A DNA stretch of 64,000 nt from an uncultured Lachnospiraceae bacterium (GCA_902775485.1 CACYMJ010000002.1:48031-112030), one strand, 5' to 3'. Numbered from the stretch's first letter, positions 1 to 9,363 are shown. Translations and numbers: made by a program. The notes: generated by a model from the sequence alone, not told the origin.

Positions 1-495
1 TAGTATCAGTGCCTTAACATTCTGTTTGAACGCATTCTCAAGCACATCCGCATCAAAACCAAAGTCCGGAGGATCAAGCGGAACGTATATGGGCTGCGCT
101 CCCGAGAGTATCGTATCCGCACCGTAATTTTCATAAAAAGGCGAAAAGACGATAACCTTATCTCCCGGATTGGATACCGTCATCATGGCCGCCATCATGG
201 CTTCGGTGCTGCCGCACGTAACGACTATTTCCTTATCCGGATCTATATCTATCCCCATAAAATGTTTTTGTTTGTTGGCAAGTGCCTCCCGAAAATTCTG
301 TGCTCCCCAGGTTATCGAGTACTGGTGAAAATCCTCTTTTGAAACCTCAGCCAACCTGTCCAGTATCTCCCGGGGCGGCGCAAAATCAGGGAATCCCTGC
401 GACAGGTTGATGGCCGAATACCTGTTGGATATCCTCGTCATCCTGCGTATCACGGAATCAGTAAAATCTGCAGTTCTGTTTGACAACTCCTTCAT
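1..495 (-). CDS. PLP-dependent aminotransferase (class I/II), N-terminal part; gene runs off the window
   Basis: Not in the ORF track because it is truncated. The minus-strand ATG at 493-495 gives MKELSNRTADFTDSVIRRMTRISNRYSAINLSQGFPDFAPPREILD...VVTCGSTEAMMAAMMTVSNPGDKVIVFSPFYENYG. The frame stays open to base 1. Confidence 0.8.
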   Translation of the reverse strand, partial: MKELSNRTADFTDSVIRRMTRISNRYSAINLSQGFPDFAPPREILDRLAEVSKEDFHQYSITWGAQNFREALANKQKHFMGIDIDPDKEIVVTCGSTEAMMAAMMTVSNPGDKVIVFSPFYENYGADTILSGAQPIYVPLDPPDFGFDADVLENAFKQNVKALIL

Positions 496-619
496 GGCAA
501 TTCTCCTCTTTCTGAAAATCATCTTACAAAAGTTTCCCTAAAATGTTCAACATAAATCGTATTTTTTTCGACGTAAATTGTATTTACAGACTATCGCCGC
601 AGACATAAAATAAACCTGC

Positions 620-1411
620 ATGAAAAAATACCTGTTCATCATAAAAACTCAGATCATCAAAACTCTGACATACGAGTTCAACGTATACGGAAACATTCTC
701 ATGCAGACGATAATCATGATCACGTCTGCTTATTTCTGGCGCGCCCTTTACAGGGAACACAGCACTGTAAGCGGTGTAAATGCCGACAGCATGCTGACAT
801 ACGTTATCATCTCATCGGCGCTGTCAGTGCTGCTTATCACCGGAGTTGAGCGAAGGATCGGCCAAAGTGTTGAAAAGGGAACCGTCGCGGCCGACATGAT
901 AAAGCCTGTAAGCCTCTTCGGAATGTTCTTTGCCGAAGATATCGGCAGCATCACAGCGCTCATCTTTCAGAATATGCTCCCGATACTCATTATAGGCTCG
1001 GTCATGATAAAAGTACCTGTTATGGCTGATATCAGTGACATCCCGTTGTTCATTATATCCGTCATCGAATCATTTCTGATCAACTGGCTGATCGCCGCAC
1101 TCTTCGGGATGACTGCATTTACCGCAGTAAACATCAACGCACTTATCCAGGTGAAAAAACACCTGATAAGGCTCCTGTCCGGAAGCATCATCCCGATATG
1201 GTTTTTCCCGGAAGGCGTGGCAAATGTGCTCTCTGCGCTGCCTTTTGTCTACATTTACCAGCTGCCGCTTAGCATCTATATCGGGAGGGGAACCAGGGCG
1301 GAGCATCTTCTACAGATGCGGATCCAGTTTATCTGGCTGGTGATCTTATCTGCCCTGTTTTTCCTTGTTCATAACAGGGTAACCCGGAAAGTGATGGTTC
1401 AGGGAGGATGA
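620..1411 (+). CDS. ABC-2 type transporter permease
   Basis: 263-aa multi-TM ORF, first gene of a permease-permease-ATPase operon. Its stop overlaps the next start region. Confidence 0.75.
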   Translation: MKKYLFIIKTQIIKTLTYEFNVYGNILMQTIIMITSAYFWRALYREHSTVSGVNADSMLTYVIISSALSVLLITGVERRIGQSVEKGTVAADMIKPVSLFGMFFAEDIGSITALIFQNMLPILIIGSVMIKVPVMADISDIPLFIISVIESFLINWLIAALFGMTAFTAVNINALIQVKKHLIRLLSGSIIPIWFFPEGVANVLSALPFVYIYQLPLSIYIGRGTRAEHLLQMRIQFIWLVILSALFFLVHNRVTRKVMVQGG

Positions 1412-2238
1412 CAATGAAAAAATCGTTTGATACACTGCGTCATTACCTTGACGTCACCGGAATGAATATAAAAATGGCATTTCTGACGATCGTCGAATAC
1501 CCGGCAAATATTGCCGGATGGCTGATCTCCAACCCGCTTCAGTTTATCATGGGATTCGCCATCATCAAGTTTGTCGTTGAGACGTTCGGCCGGATCAACG
1601 GATGGAATTACGGACAGCTCGCTTTTCTGTACGGTCTGTCGGTGATATCACATGCCCTTTCGATGATATTCTTCGTTCAGGGATGGTTCATGGGATGGTT
1701 CGTGATAGAGGGCGATTTTGACAGATACCTTACAAGGCCTCTCGGAGTTCTGTACCAGTTCTTTTTCACAAACATCAACATTTTCGGGATAACCGACCTG
1801 ATACCCGGGATCATCGTGTTTGTATACGGCTGCGTAAGATCAGGCGTTCATGTTTCACTCTTTTTTATCATTCAGGTCATCATCATGCTGACCGGTGCAA
1901 CGCTTATCCGCGGCGGGATTTATATCCTTATAGGCAGCACCTCGTTTCACACGCGAAGTGCCGTTGACTTCGGCCAATACACGCAGGAGATCATGGACAA
2001 GACGACCATGTACCCGATATCGATGTATCCGGAAAGCATGCAGTTCATACTGACATATCTGATCCCGATCGGGTGGGTATCATTCTATCCTGTATCTTCA
2101 CTCCTCGGAATCGATAACGGCGTCACTTCCGGTATGATCACAGCCTTTATCACGCTTGCTGTCGGAATCATGATGATGCTGCTGGCAGGGGCTTATTTTA
2201 ACTCGGGTCTTAAAAAATACGAAGGTGCAGGTAACTGA
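1408..2238 (+). CDS. ABC-2 type transporter permease (second subunit)
   Basis: 276-aa multi-TM ORF. The gggagg RBS favours the second ATG at 1414 as the true start. Confidence 0.75.
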   Translation: MTMKKSFDTLRHYLDVTGMNIKMAFLTIVEYPANIAGWLISNPLQFIMGFAIIKFVVETFGRINGWNYGQLAFLYGLSVISHALSMIFFVQGWFMGWFVIEGDFDRYLTRPLGVLYQFFFTNINIFGITDLIPGIIVFVYGCVRSGVHVSLFFIIQVIIMLTGATLIRGGIYILIGSTSFHTRSAVDFGQYTQEIMDKTTMYPISMYPESMQFILTYLIPIGWVSFYPVSSLLGIDNGVTSGMITAFITLAVGIMMMLLAGAYFNSGLKKYEGAGN

Positions 2239-2240
2239 CG

Positions 2241-3215
2241 ATGATAGATGTTAACGGATTATGCAAGGATTATACGGTAAAGCGTAAAGGTGCGGGGCTA
2301 TCCGGGGCCCTTAAAGGTCTTGTTTCCAAAAACACCAATGTCATACATGCGGTCAGGGATCTGTCATTTCATATCGATGAGGGAGAGATCGTGGGTTTCA
2401 TCGGCCCTAACGGTGCAGGAAAGAGCACTACGATAAAGATGATGTCGGGCATTCTTACCCCGACAAGCGGAAGCGTGCTGATAAACGGTGAGGATATCAC
2501 GAAGCACAGAAAAGATGTTGTTAAGAATATCGGTGTTGTTTTCGGGCAGCGGTCGCAGCTTAACTGGGACCTGCGCCTCGGTGAGACTTTTGAACTGTTA
2601 AAACACATATACCGAATAGACCCGAATGATTATGACAAAACAATGTCCGTTATGGATGACATACTCGGTATAAAAGAGCTCCTCGATAAACCGGTACGCC
2701 AGATGTCGCTCGGTCAGCGTGTTAAGGGGGATCTTGTCGCATCAATGCTCCACTCTCCAAAGGTGCTGTTTCTTGATGAGCCGACGATCGGTCTTGATGT
2801 TTCCGCCAAGTATTCGCTCCGCAAGTTCATAAAGGAGATAAACAATGTCAAGAAGACCACTGTTATCCTAACCACGCATGATCTCGGGGATATACAGGAA
2901 CTGTGCGAGAGACTGATCATAATCAATCACGGAGTTATGATGGAAGACGGCAATCTTAAAGAGATCACCGACCGGATCGCTCCGTACAAAACACTTGTTG
3001 TGGAGTACTATGACGAGGATGCCCCTGAACATGAAAAATGCGAGATGATCTCACACGAAGGGAATGTTGCAAGATACAGGTTTGCCAAATCCGACGTTAC
3101 TGCCGCTGATATCATTGCCTCTCTCTCATCTCGAAAGGCCATCAAAGACGTTTCGATCGAAGAAGCGGGGATCGATGATATCATAAAGATCGCCTACGGA
3201 GGCTATCAGAAGTAG
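2241..3215 (+). CDS. ABC transporter ATP-binding protein
   Basis: Walker A GPNGAGKST, signature MSLGQRVK, Walker B LFLDEPTIGLD. Confidence 0.9.
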   Translation: MIDVNGLCKDYTVKRKGAGLSGALKGLVSKNTNVIHAVRDLSFHIDEGEIVGFIGPNGAGKSTTIKMMSGILTPTSGSVLINGEDITKHRKDVVKNIGVVFGQRSQLNWDLRLGETFELLKHIYRIDPNDYDKTMSVMDDILGIKELLDKPVRQMSLGQRVKGDLVASMLHSPKVLFLDEPTIGLDVSAKYSLRKFIKEINNVKKTTVILTTHDLGDIQELCERLIIINHGVMMEDGNLKEITDRIAPYKTLVVEYYDEDAPEHEKCEMISHEGNVARYRFAKSDVTAADIIASLSSRKAIKDVSIEEAGIDDIIKIAYGGYQK

Positions 3216-3321
3216 CCTGCTTGACTTTGATCAGGAATGCAAAGCTGACAATTTTCCCGGGGAAGCATGCTATAATCATTGTAACTACTCTGAACTTCAT
3301 ATAATCAGCGAGGAATAAAAT

Positions 3322-5145
3322 ATGAAGAATATAAAGAATTTAAAAAGAACAACCACCTTTCTGGTTCCATTGATCCTTGCAGTTGCACTGCTTCTGGAAG
3401 CATGCTCCGCAACAGATATAAATATTACTGTCAATTTAAACCCGGACAGTACCAAAGACATTCCGGCAGTTACTGATGATCTTAAATGGTGGCAGGAGAC
3501 CATTGCTTATGAAATCTATGTAAGAAGCTTCAAAGATTCGGATGGAGACGGTCAGGGAGATCTTAACGGCATTATCTCTGAGCTTGATCATCTTAAGGAT
3601 CTGGGAGTCGGAGCCATCTGGCTCACACCTTGTTATGTCTCACCGCAGGCAGATAACGGATATGATATTGCAGACTATTATAATATCGATCCCGCTTACG
3701 GAACCATGGAAGACATGGACCGGCTGATCCTGGAGGCTGATAAGCGTAACATTCGTATTGTAATGGATCTTGTCTTCAATCACACCTCTGACCAGAATAC
3801 ATGGTTTAAGGAATCTGCCTCTGGCAAAGATAATGAAAAAAGCGACTGGTATATATGGGCAGATCCGAAGGAAGACGGCAGCGCCCCAAATAACTGGCGC
3901 GGTATTTTCGGCGGATCGGCATGGGAATACAATGAGCAGCGTGATCAGTATTATCTGCATACATTTCTGGCTCAGCAGCCGGATCTTAACTGGGAAAACC
4001 CCGATGTCAGGAAGGCTCTTACCGATGTGGCCAATTTCTGGATAGACAAGGGCGTTGGAGGATTCCGTCTCGATGCGATCACATACATCAAAAAACCCGC
4101 CGGATTCCCGGACGGTGAGCCTGATGCAGGAGATAACATGGTCAGCATTCATACCATGACGGCAAATACAGACGGTATACTGGATTATCTGAGAGAATTC
4201 AAAGATGCCACTCAGAAGGATACCGATATTTTCGTCGTTGGCGAAGCCAATGGTGTATCTTCGGATGACCTCCCGAAATGGGTGGGAAAGAATGGCGTCC
4301 TTGATATGGTATTTGAATTTGGCTTTATGGATATAGATCTTCCGAATGAAAGCAACTGGTGCGAAACCAGAAAATGGACTCTTCCTGAGTTCAAAGCCTT
4401 TTTTACTGCCAGCGAGGCGATGACCTCCACATCTGATATAGACGGCTGGTATCCTATTGCGCTGGAAAACCATGATAGTCCCCGCTCGATCAATCACTTC
4501 CTTCCGGAAGGAGCAGACCGCGTTAAGGGAGGCAAGGCGCTCGGAACTCTTTTACTTACCATGAGAGGAACACCGTTTATTATGGAAGGCGAGGAACTGG
4601 GCCTTGTCAATATCGCACTGCCAATAATTGATGACTATAACGATATTTCCACAAAGAACCATTATCTGTTTTGTATTGAGGAAGGTTATTCGGCAAAGGA
4701 TGCTCTCGCGGCAGTACATCGTTTTTCAAGGGATAACTCCCGTACTCCGATGCAATGGGACAGTACTGAAAATGCCGGATTCACTACCGGAAAACCGTGG
4801 CTTCCGGTCAGCGATGATCATGAAACCGTAAATGTAAGATCAGAAGCAGCCGATCCAGACTCGGTCCTTAACTGGTATACTTCTCTTGCAAAACTCCGTA
4901 ACAAGCACCGCGAACTCATCGACGGCAGCTACGAGGAACTCATGCATGAAAATGAGCAGATCTTCGCATATACAAGAGAGAACTCCGACGCCAGGGCTGT
5001 CGTCCTGATCAATTTTTCAACAGAGCCTGCGTCTTATGATGCTTCAATCGTAGAGAATGCGGAACTGATACTGTCTACCAACAGCGACAGCGCGAAAGGT
5101 ATGCTTGCTCCTTTGGAAGCGGTGATTTATGAGTTAGTAAAGTAA
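3322..5145 (+). CDS. GH13 alpha-glucosidase / oligo-1,6-glucosidase, probable lipoprotein
   Basis: GH13 regions DLVFNHTS, GFRLDAITY, VVGEANG, ENHDSPR. N-terminal signal peptide with lipobox-like LLEAC. Confidence 0.85.
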   Translation: MKNIKNLKRTTTFLVPLILAVALLLEACSATDINITVNLNPDSTKDIPAVTDDLKWWQETIAYEIYVRSFKDSDGDGQGDLNGIISELDHLKDLGVGAIWLTPCYVSPQADNGYDIADYYNIDPAYGTMEDMDRLILEADKRNIRIVMDLVFNHTSDQNTWFKESASGKDNEKSDWYIWADPKEDGSAPNNWRGIFGGSAWEYNEQRDQYYLHTFLAQQPDLNWENPDVRKALTDVANFWIDKGVGGFRLDAITYIKKPAGFPDGEPDAGDNMVSIHTMTANTDGILDYLREFKDATQKDTDIFVVGEANGVSSDDLPKWVGKNGVLDMVFEFGFMDIDLPNESNWCETRKWTLPEFKAFFTASEAMTSTSDIDGWYPIALENHDSPRSINHFLPEGADRVKGGKALGTLLLTMRGTPFIMEGEELGLVNIALPIIDDYNDISTKNHYLFCIEEGYSAKDALAAVHRFSRDNSRTPMQWDSTENAGFTTGKPWLPVSDDHETVNVRSEAADPDSVLNWYTSLAKLRNKHRELIDGSYEELMHENEQIFAYTRENSDARAVVLINFSTEPASYDASIVENAELILSTNSDSAKGMLAPLEAVIYELVK

Positions 5146-5294
5146 TCCAAACATCCAAAGGGTATCCTATTCCCTCTGCCGATCTCCACATCGTCAATTG
5201 CCAGAAAACTATCAAGAATCCATATAGTATATTGGATTTATCAAAAAACAAAAATCATTTTATAAAAGACATTGGTTGAAGTTTAAATCCAAGT

Positions 5295-5440
5295 TCATGA
5301 ATAACTGACAAAAGCGTTTGTGATGATTATCTTATTCCCTTCGAAAAAGAATGACAGAAAACGATTCGGCTGAGGCTTCATCGCATATATGTCATCGCCT
5401 TCATTTCGGAATTTTGTCTTATCCGAGACGAACCCAAAAT
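5295..5440 (-). pseudogene. remnant of a HigB/Gp49-like (RelE superfamily) toxin
   Basis: The translation ...KFRNEGDDIYAMKPQPNRFLSFFFEGNKIIITNAFV resembles the C-terminal core of Gp49/HigB toxins (yEir...Rilyff..g..ivll.gF). There is no credible N-terminus: the upstream part of the ORF overlaps a terminator. Confidence 0.3.
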
Positions 5441-5493
5441 CTCCAAGTCTCTTTATGATCCAATATAGACCCTGACAAAAAACAGCAATAAAA

Positions 5494-5521
5494 AAGAGAC
5501 TCCGTTTTCCCGGAATCTCCA
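5494..5521 (-). terminator. intrinsic terminator after the nitroreductase gene
   Basis: On the minus strand: ggagattccgggaaaacggagtctc hairpin followed by tttttt. Confidence 0.6.
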
Positions 5522-5549
5522 TAAAAATAGTGCTTGCTTGGTTACCTTT

Positions 5550-6176
5550 TCAGTATTTATCCCAATGAATCCTGGTTTTGATATCGATACTCTTCTGTCT
5601 GGGAACCGGTGCATTTTCCCGGGGTATCCCAATCCCTATAAAACAAGGCATAAAATAGTCTTCCGGAAATCCCAGCACCTTACGTGCATGCTCATCTTCA
5701 TTTCCGAGGGGGATGCGAAGATTACACCCGTATCCCTCGGCTACAGCAGCCAGAAATATGTTTTCGATACTGCACCATATCGATGCAAATCCGTTAAGGT
5801 GCGAGATGTTCTCCGGATGAAGCAGATCGGTCTTTTGTTTCAGGAGCGGAACAATGATAGCAGATGCATCAAAAAGCATTCTATACTGTTTAGGTACCGC
5901 ATTACGATAACATTCCTGCTGAACACTGTCAGAAAGGTTCCAATCCCTTATCAGCTGATCCATATCTTCATCAGATATTCCCTTTGGAACTATATCAAGC
6001 AATTTGGCTGCAACTTCCCGGTCCTTAACAACAATGTAGTGCCAGTCCCTCATATGATCGTTGGTAGGGGCCTTCATCGCAGCCGATATGATCCTTTCAA
6101 TCACATTTTCGGGAATATCTCCCGGCTCAAAATCCCGGATGGTTCTTCTCTTTTCTATAGTTTCGTAAAAGTACAT
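5550..6176 (-). CDS. nitroreductase family protein
   Basis: MYFYETIEKRRTIRDF... is a typical nitroreductase N-terminus. I chose the internal Met (6176) to avoid overlap with the upstream gene; the ORF track start is 6218. Confidence 0.8.
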   Translation of the reverse strand: MYFYETIEKRRTIRDFEPGDIPENVIERIISAAMKAPTNDHMRDWHYIVVKDREVAAKLLDIVPKGISDEDMDQLIRDWNLSDSVQQECYRNAVPKQYRMLFDASAIIVPLLKQKTDLLHPENISHLNGFASIWCSIENIFLAAVAEGYGCNLRIPLGNEDEHARKVLGFPEDYFMPCFIGIGIPRENAPVPRQKSIDIKTRIHWDKY

Positions 6177-6187
6177 CTGCTTCTCCC

Positions 6188-6628
6188 CTACTCTATCAGT
6201 CCGCCATGAAAGAGGCATTCGTAAACCTGCACATCTTTAAAACTTATGGTCTCTTTTCCCCAAAACCACTCAACATCGCCTTCTACATCGCAGTCATATC
6301 TGTAGTCTCCGGAAACATACTGTTTCGGGCCACGGAACGGTTTGTCCTCGGGCACATGCAAAAGCGCCTCTTTCAGAAAATCCCCGCTGAAATCGCCACC
6401 GGTAACCCTCCCGACGTAATTCATGCTCCAATAAGGTTCCTTTGATATCCATAAAGCTTCTTCTCCGGCAAACTTACTACCACCAAGGTAAGTATCATAA
6501 TACATAAGATCTCCGTCCTCAAAGATGAGATCATGTGATTTTTCCCGCGAAGATGTAGTCTCTGCGCCTTTTCCTGCATACGTAGCCTGTTTAGCTTTGA
6601 TCAGGAATGCAATGATGTTCTTATCCAA
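6188..6628 (-). CDS. conserved hypothetical protein (DUF5680-like)
   Basis: 146-aa ORF; AFLIKAKQATYAGKG...YYDTYLGG pattern recalled from the DUF5680 family. Confidence 0.55.
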   Translation of the reverse strand: MDKNIIAFLIKAKQATYAGKGAETTSSREKSHDLIFEDGDLMYYDTYLGGSKFAGEEALWISKEPYWSMNYVGRVTGGDFSGDFLKEALLHVPEDKPFRGPKQYVSGDYRYDCDVEGDVEWFWGKETISFKDVQVYECLFHGGLIE

Positions 6629-6663
6629 GTGTATTCTCCTTATGAAATGTGTCCATTCGGCAA

Positions 6664-6695
6664 AAAAAGAGACCCCTTTCTTTTGGAATCTCCAT
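6664..6695 (-). terminator. intrinsic terminator just beyond the outermost tRNA-Pro 3'-end remnant
   Basis: On the minus strand: ggagattccaaaagaaaggggtctc hairpin followed by ttttttt. Likely the original tRNA-Pro terminator displaced by the insertions. Confidence 0.5.
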
Positions 6696-6698
6696 CAA

Positions 6699-6721
6699 TC
6701 GGAGGGACAGGATTCGAACCT
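6699..6721 (-). repeat. degenerate copy of the tRNA-Pro 3' end (outer att-like remnant)
   Basis: tcggAggGgacaggattcgaacct versus tcggggtgacaggattcgaacct at 18277-18299: 21/23 identical, same orientation. Confidence 0.7.
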
Positions 6722-6780
6722 TAAACCTCACATCGTTCAAATCCAGTAAAGAAAGGGGATTCGAGCATCCTTTCCCTGGA

Positions 6781-6804
6781 ATCTTAACCAATATCTTAAC
6801 CAAG
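6781..6804. repeat. tandem direct repeat atcttaaccaAT/atcttaaccaAG
   Basis: Read directly. It begins exactly 59 nt inside the att-like remnant, the same spacing as the repeat at 9951-9972. Confidence 0.8.
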
Positions 6805-6919
6805 TTTCCTATCGTAATCCAAATGCATCTTCAACTATGTTATATAGATACTCTTTCTTGGAGAAATCGCTCCCATCAGAAAAATAAGCGTTGAACGCAA
6901 CAAGTGCCGTTCGGAGATA

Positions 6920-7432
6920 TCAGGCATTCTTTTCAAAACGATCCCTGTTAACCGGATATCCCATTTCATCAATATACTGACAACAGGAAGTAATAGCCGT
7001 CCTTGTATTCCCCTCCCTGAATGGATGTACCTTCCAAATACCAGCCAGACAATCCGAAAACTTATGTGCACGAGAGATAGGGGACATACTATCCCAATCA
7101 CTTGTTCTCATGATTTTAAGTGAACGACTCAGATCATTTACTATATCAAAAGGATCTGCATATTCGATGGACATTCCTCCAAGGACATCTTCCTCCTTAT
7201 ATATGGATATTGTCCTTATCGATCCAGCCCACTCATACAGATCCTGAAATATGACTTCATGCATTTTAAGAAAATGCGGTGTATGATAATCCCCTTTCAG
7301 TGGATTCAATGCGATATCTTTTAATCTAAGGGATACATAATCTGCTTCTGCGCCCTCAAGTAAGTCTTGATTTCGAATATCAAGTTTATTCTTAAGAACA
7401 TCTGAACCTTCATACAGATACGGATCACGCAT
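6920..7432 (-). CDS. fic: Fic/DOC family protein (toxin of a VbhA-Fic pair)
   Basis: Fic motif region HPFREGNTRTA (variant of HPFxxGNGRxxR). 170 aa. Start overlaps the stop of the upstream antitoxin gene. Confidence 0.8.
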   Translation of the reverse strand: MRDPYLYEGSDVLKNKLDIRNQDLLEGAEADYVSLRLKDIALNPLKGDYHTPHFLKMHEVIFQDLYEWAGSIRTISIYKEEDVLGGMSIEYADPFDIVNDLSRSLKIMRTSDWDSMSPISRAHKFSDCLAGIWKVHPFREGNTRTAITSCCQYIDEMGYPVNRDRFEKNA

Positions 7433-7601
7433 TCACGGTCTCCTTCATCTTGTATTTTTTGTCAAGATATCTCTTGGCATCCTCAAAGGTTATTTCGCCT
7501 CTTTTTTCTTTCTCAATATACTCTTTGAAATCTTCAGTAGGTTCCAGCCCATCTACTTTGATCAATCCGATAGCATAGTCCCAAGCCTGTGAATTCGTCA
7601 T
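7425..7601 (-). CDS. vbhA: VbhA-family antitoxin (Fic inhibitor)
   Basis: Own translation (below the ORF-track size cut-off): MTNSQAWDYAIGLIKVDGLEPTEDFKEYIEKEKRGEITFEDAKRYLDKKYKMKETVNA, 58 aa. The VDGLEP..E segment matches the inhibitory (S/T)xxxE(G/N)-type helix. Overlaps the fic start by 8 nt. Confidence 0.7.
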   Translation of the reverse strand: MTNSQAWDYAIGLIKVDGLEPTEDFKEYIEKEKRGEITFEDAKRYLDKKYKMKETVNA

Positions 7602-7696
7602 ACAAAAACCTCCATAATTACTTTATACTCATAATATTATTCTAACATGCACATACCAAATATCAATATAGTGATTATAGGTTATATCCTATTCAA

Positions 7697-7905
7697 TTTT
7701 CACCCCGGGCATCCGTAATATGTCCTGTAATGGTTTCTTAAAAACATTGCAGGACGCAGGCCACGCTTCCACGAAGTGGATTTTAAATGGCGTGGCTCTC
7801 CCGTGGACAAGAAACCGGATACCCTGAATGAACAAAACCTGCCGGAAGCACATTTTCGGCAGGTTCCTTGATTTTACCGGCCAGACCTATACTCGGGGGT
7901 GAAAA
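7697..7905. other. hairpin-rich non-coding element closed by a 10-bp inverted repeat (candidate structured RNA or MITE)
   Basis: ttttcacccc (7697-7706) pairs with ggggtgaaaa (7896-7905). A stacked second helix pairs gggcatccg (7707-7715) with cggataccc (7816-7824). Three internal hairpins. No ORF of 60 aa or more. Confidence 0.3.
7838..7863 (-). terminator. intrinsic terminator of the SEDS-like gene
   Basis: On the minus strand: cctgccgaaaatgtgcttccggcagg followed by ttttgtt. Confidence 0.55.
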
Positions 7906-7950
7906 TCATAAGCATAAATCAATTCAACCGTAGTTCCTACGTCTTCCCTG

Positions 7951-9351
7951 CTATGTAGCTATCTCTTGATTCTTGCCATTGTGGATATTCTTCGGGGCGT
8001 AATCTCTTCGTATATCCTTATATCTGTAGATCGACAAGACCATACCGATCATCGCATAATCAACGATACCGTAGGAAATACTGCTGGTAAAAATCGGAAG
8101 AGTCGAGCCTGTCATCGGAAGCAGACCAAATACGATCAGGATATTGCTGATGCTCTGAAGAGCCACAACGATACCGCAGGCACACCCTGTTATGTAGCCC
8201 AGGTTATTCTTTTGTCTTGCGGAAATGATTATCATATATGTGGCAAGAGCAAGCATGCATATTATTATGCCTGCAACCATGGCCAGGCCGCATATGGCAG
8301 CCATCGATCCCATCACAAGATCAGCCCAATAGCCCGGAATATCAGACATTATTCTGACCGCTTCATCACTTTTTCCTATGATAGCGCTATGTGTAAATAC
8401 CTTGCCCAGTTGTGCATTTATATAGTTAACCCCGGTATCATCTGTAATGTCGCTTCCTATTCCAAGATTGGATAGCCAGTTCGCAAATCTGGCACTCTGA
8501 TATGTGTTCAATCTGAGTATAAAGGCCGTACCAGCCATGATGAGCGTAGCAAAGACAGCCGAAAATCCGCCGTACACGATCTTTTTGTCAATATTATACC
8601 AGTTTTTATGAACGGCTATAAATATCAAAACTGTTTCTGCAAGCAGGATAAACAGCGCAGACGGTATCGAAAGATTCCCTGTGAAGAAGGGCGATATAAC
8701 CGGCAATATCATCCAAAATACAATCCGTGCCATAACCCATCTGCCTTTACCACGAAGTTCATATAAAATACCGGCAAATACAGGAATGTAGAGCATCATC
8801 AACGCACGAAGCGAAAATGACGCAAATCCTATACGGATCAATCCACTGCTGCCGTTGATCCTGATTCCAAAGGCAATCCCAACCAATGTGACAATCGCCA
8901 TGAAAATCCCTCCGATCAGCCTGCTGCGGCCCAGTAGGACAGTATAGTCAATACGATATACCAAAAACATCGCAATGATTCCGGCCATGATACCAATGAT
9001 ATGTCTTCTGGTAATATCAAGAAAAGCATTTCCCGTTATCGATCGCGAATCCATGTTTACTGCAATAAGATATTGGATCACTATACTCAATATACTGATA
9101 AACATTATGAAAATCAGATAACGCCATTCCATATGAGGTCTGTGTATACGATCCAGGTCCGCTCCTACGCTCACCGGATCCCCCATTTCCTCAACAGCTT
9201 TTAATAAAGCCTCTTCACGGTCCATTCCGGTTTGCCGATACGCATCGGCCTGCTCCTCGATATGCGCGGATATCTCATCAGAAACAAGTATCCTCGCGCT
9301 CTTATCACGGATCTGTCCCTTAAGCGCACCCATGTATTCTTCCAAACTCAT
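7951..9351 (-). CDS. divergent FtsW/RodA/SpoVE (SEDS)-like membrane protein with a PadR-associated N-terminal prefix domain
   Basis: The N-terminus MSLEEYMGALKGQIRDK...EEMGDPVSVGADL is typical of genes following padR. About 10 TM helices. C-terminal LPMTGSTLPIFTSSISYG resembles the SEDS P.TG..LPF.SYGGS motif. Confidence 0.65.
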   Translation of the reverse strand: MSLEEYMGALKGQIRDKSARILVSDEISAHIEEQADAYRQTGMDREEALLKAVEEMGDPVSVGADLDRIHRPHMEWRYLIFIMFISILSIVIQYLIAVNMDSRSITGNAFLDITRRHIIGIMAGIIAMFLVYRIDYTVLLGRSRLIGGIFMAIVTLVGIAFGIRINGSSGLIRIGFASFSLRALMMLYIPVFAGILYELRGKGRWVMARIVFWMILPVISPFFTGNLSIPSALFILLAETVLIFIAVHKNWYNIDKKIVYGGFSAVFATLIMAGTAFILRLNTYQSARFANWLSNLGIGSDITDDTGVNYINAQLGKVFTHSAIIGKSDEAVRIMSDIPGYWADLVMGSMAAICGLAMVAGIIICMLALATYMIIISARQKNNLGYITGCACGIVVALQSISNILIVFGLLPMTGSTLPIFTSSISYGIVDYAMIGMVLSIYRYKDIRRDYAPKNIHNGKNQEIAT

Positions 9352-9363
9352 GATATATCCCCC

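Noticed and set aside
3640-4497. 285-aa ORF antisense to the GH13 gene
   Set aside because: It lies entirely inside a gene whose sense strand shows all four GH13 signature regions. It has no RBS and an odd composition. It is a typical shadow ORF.
5538-6209. 223-aa ORF on the plus strand opposite the nitroreductase gene
   Set aside because: The minus-strand product has a clear nitroreductase N-terminus and family-like length. The plus-strand product has no motif.
5494-6695. Two terminators sharing their flanks (aaaaaagagac…ggaatctccat) as a possible dispersed REP-like repeat
   Set aside because: Only two copies are visible, and each is fully explained as the terminator of a minus-strand transcription unit. 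The similarity is limited to stem arms of about 11 nt.
6699-6810. Possible intact tRNA or tmRNA 3' domain at the outer remnant (a second T-loop-like ggattcgagc lies at about 6755)
   Set aside because: I could not fold an acceptor, D or anticodon arm. The T-stem pairing is broken upstream of the shared 15-nt core. Best explained as an att remnant.
7697-7905. Cobalamin riboswitch (contains GGTGAAAAT)
   Set aside because: No B12 box (…GCCACTG / AGYCMGGAGACCKGCC-like) on either strand. The GGTGAAAA is simply one arm of the inverted repeat.
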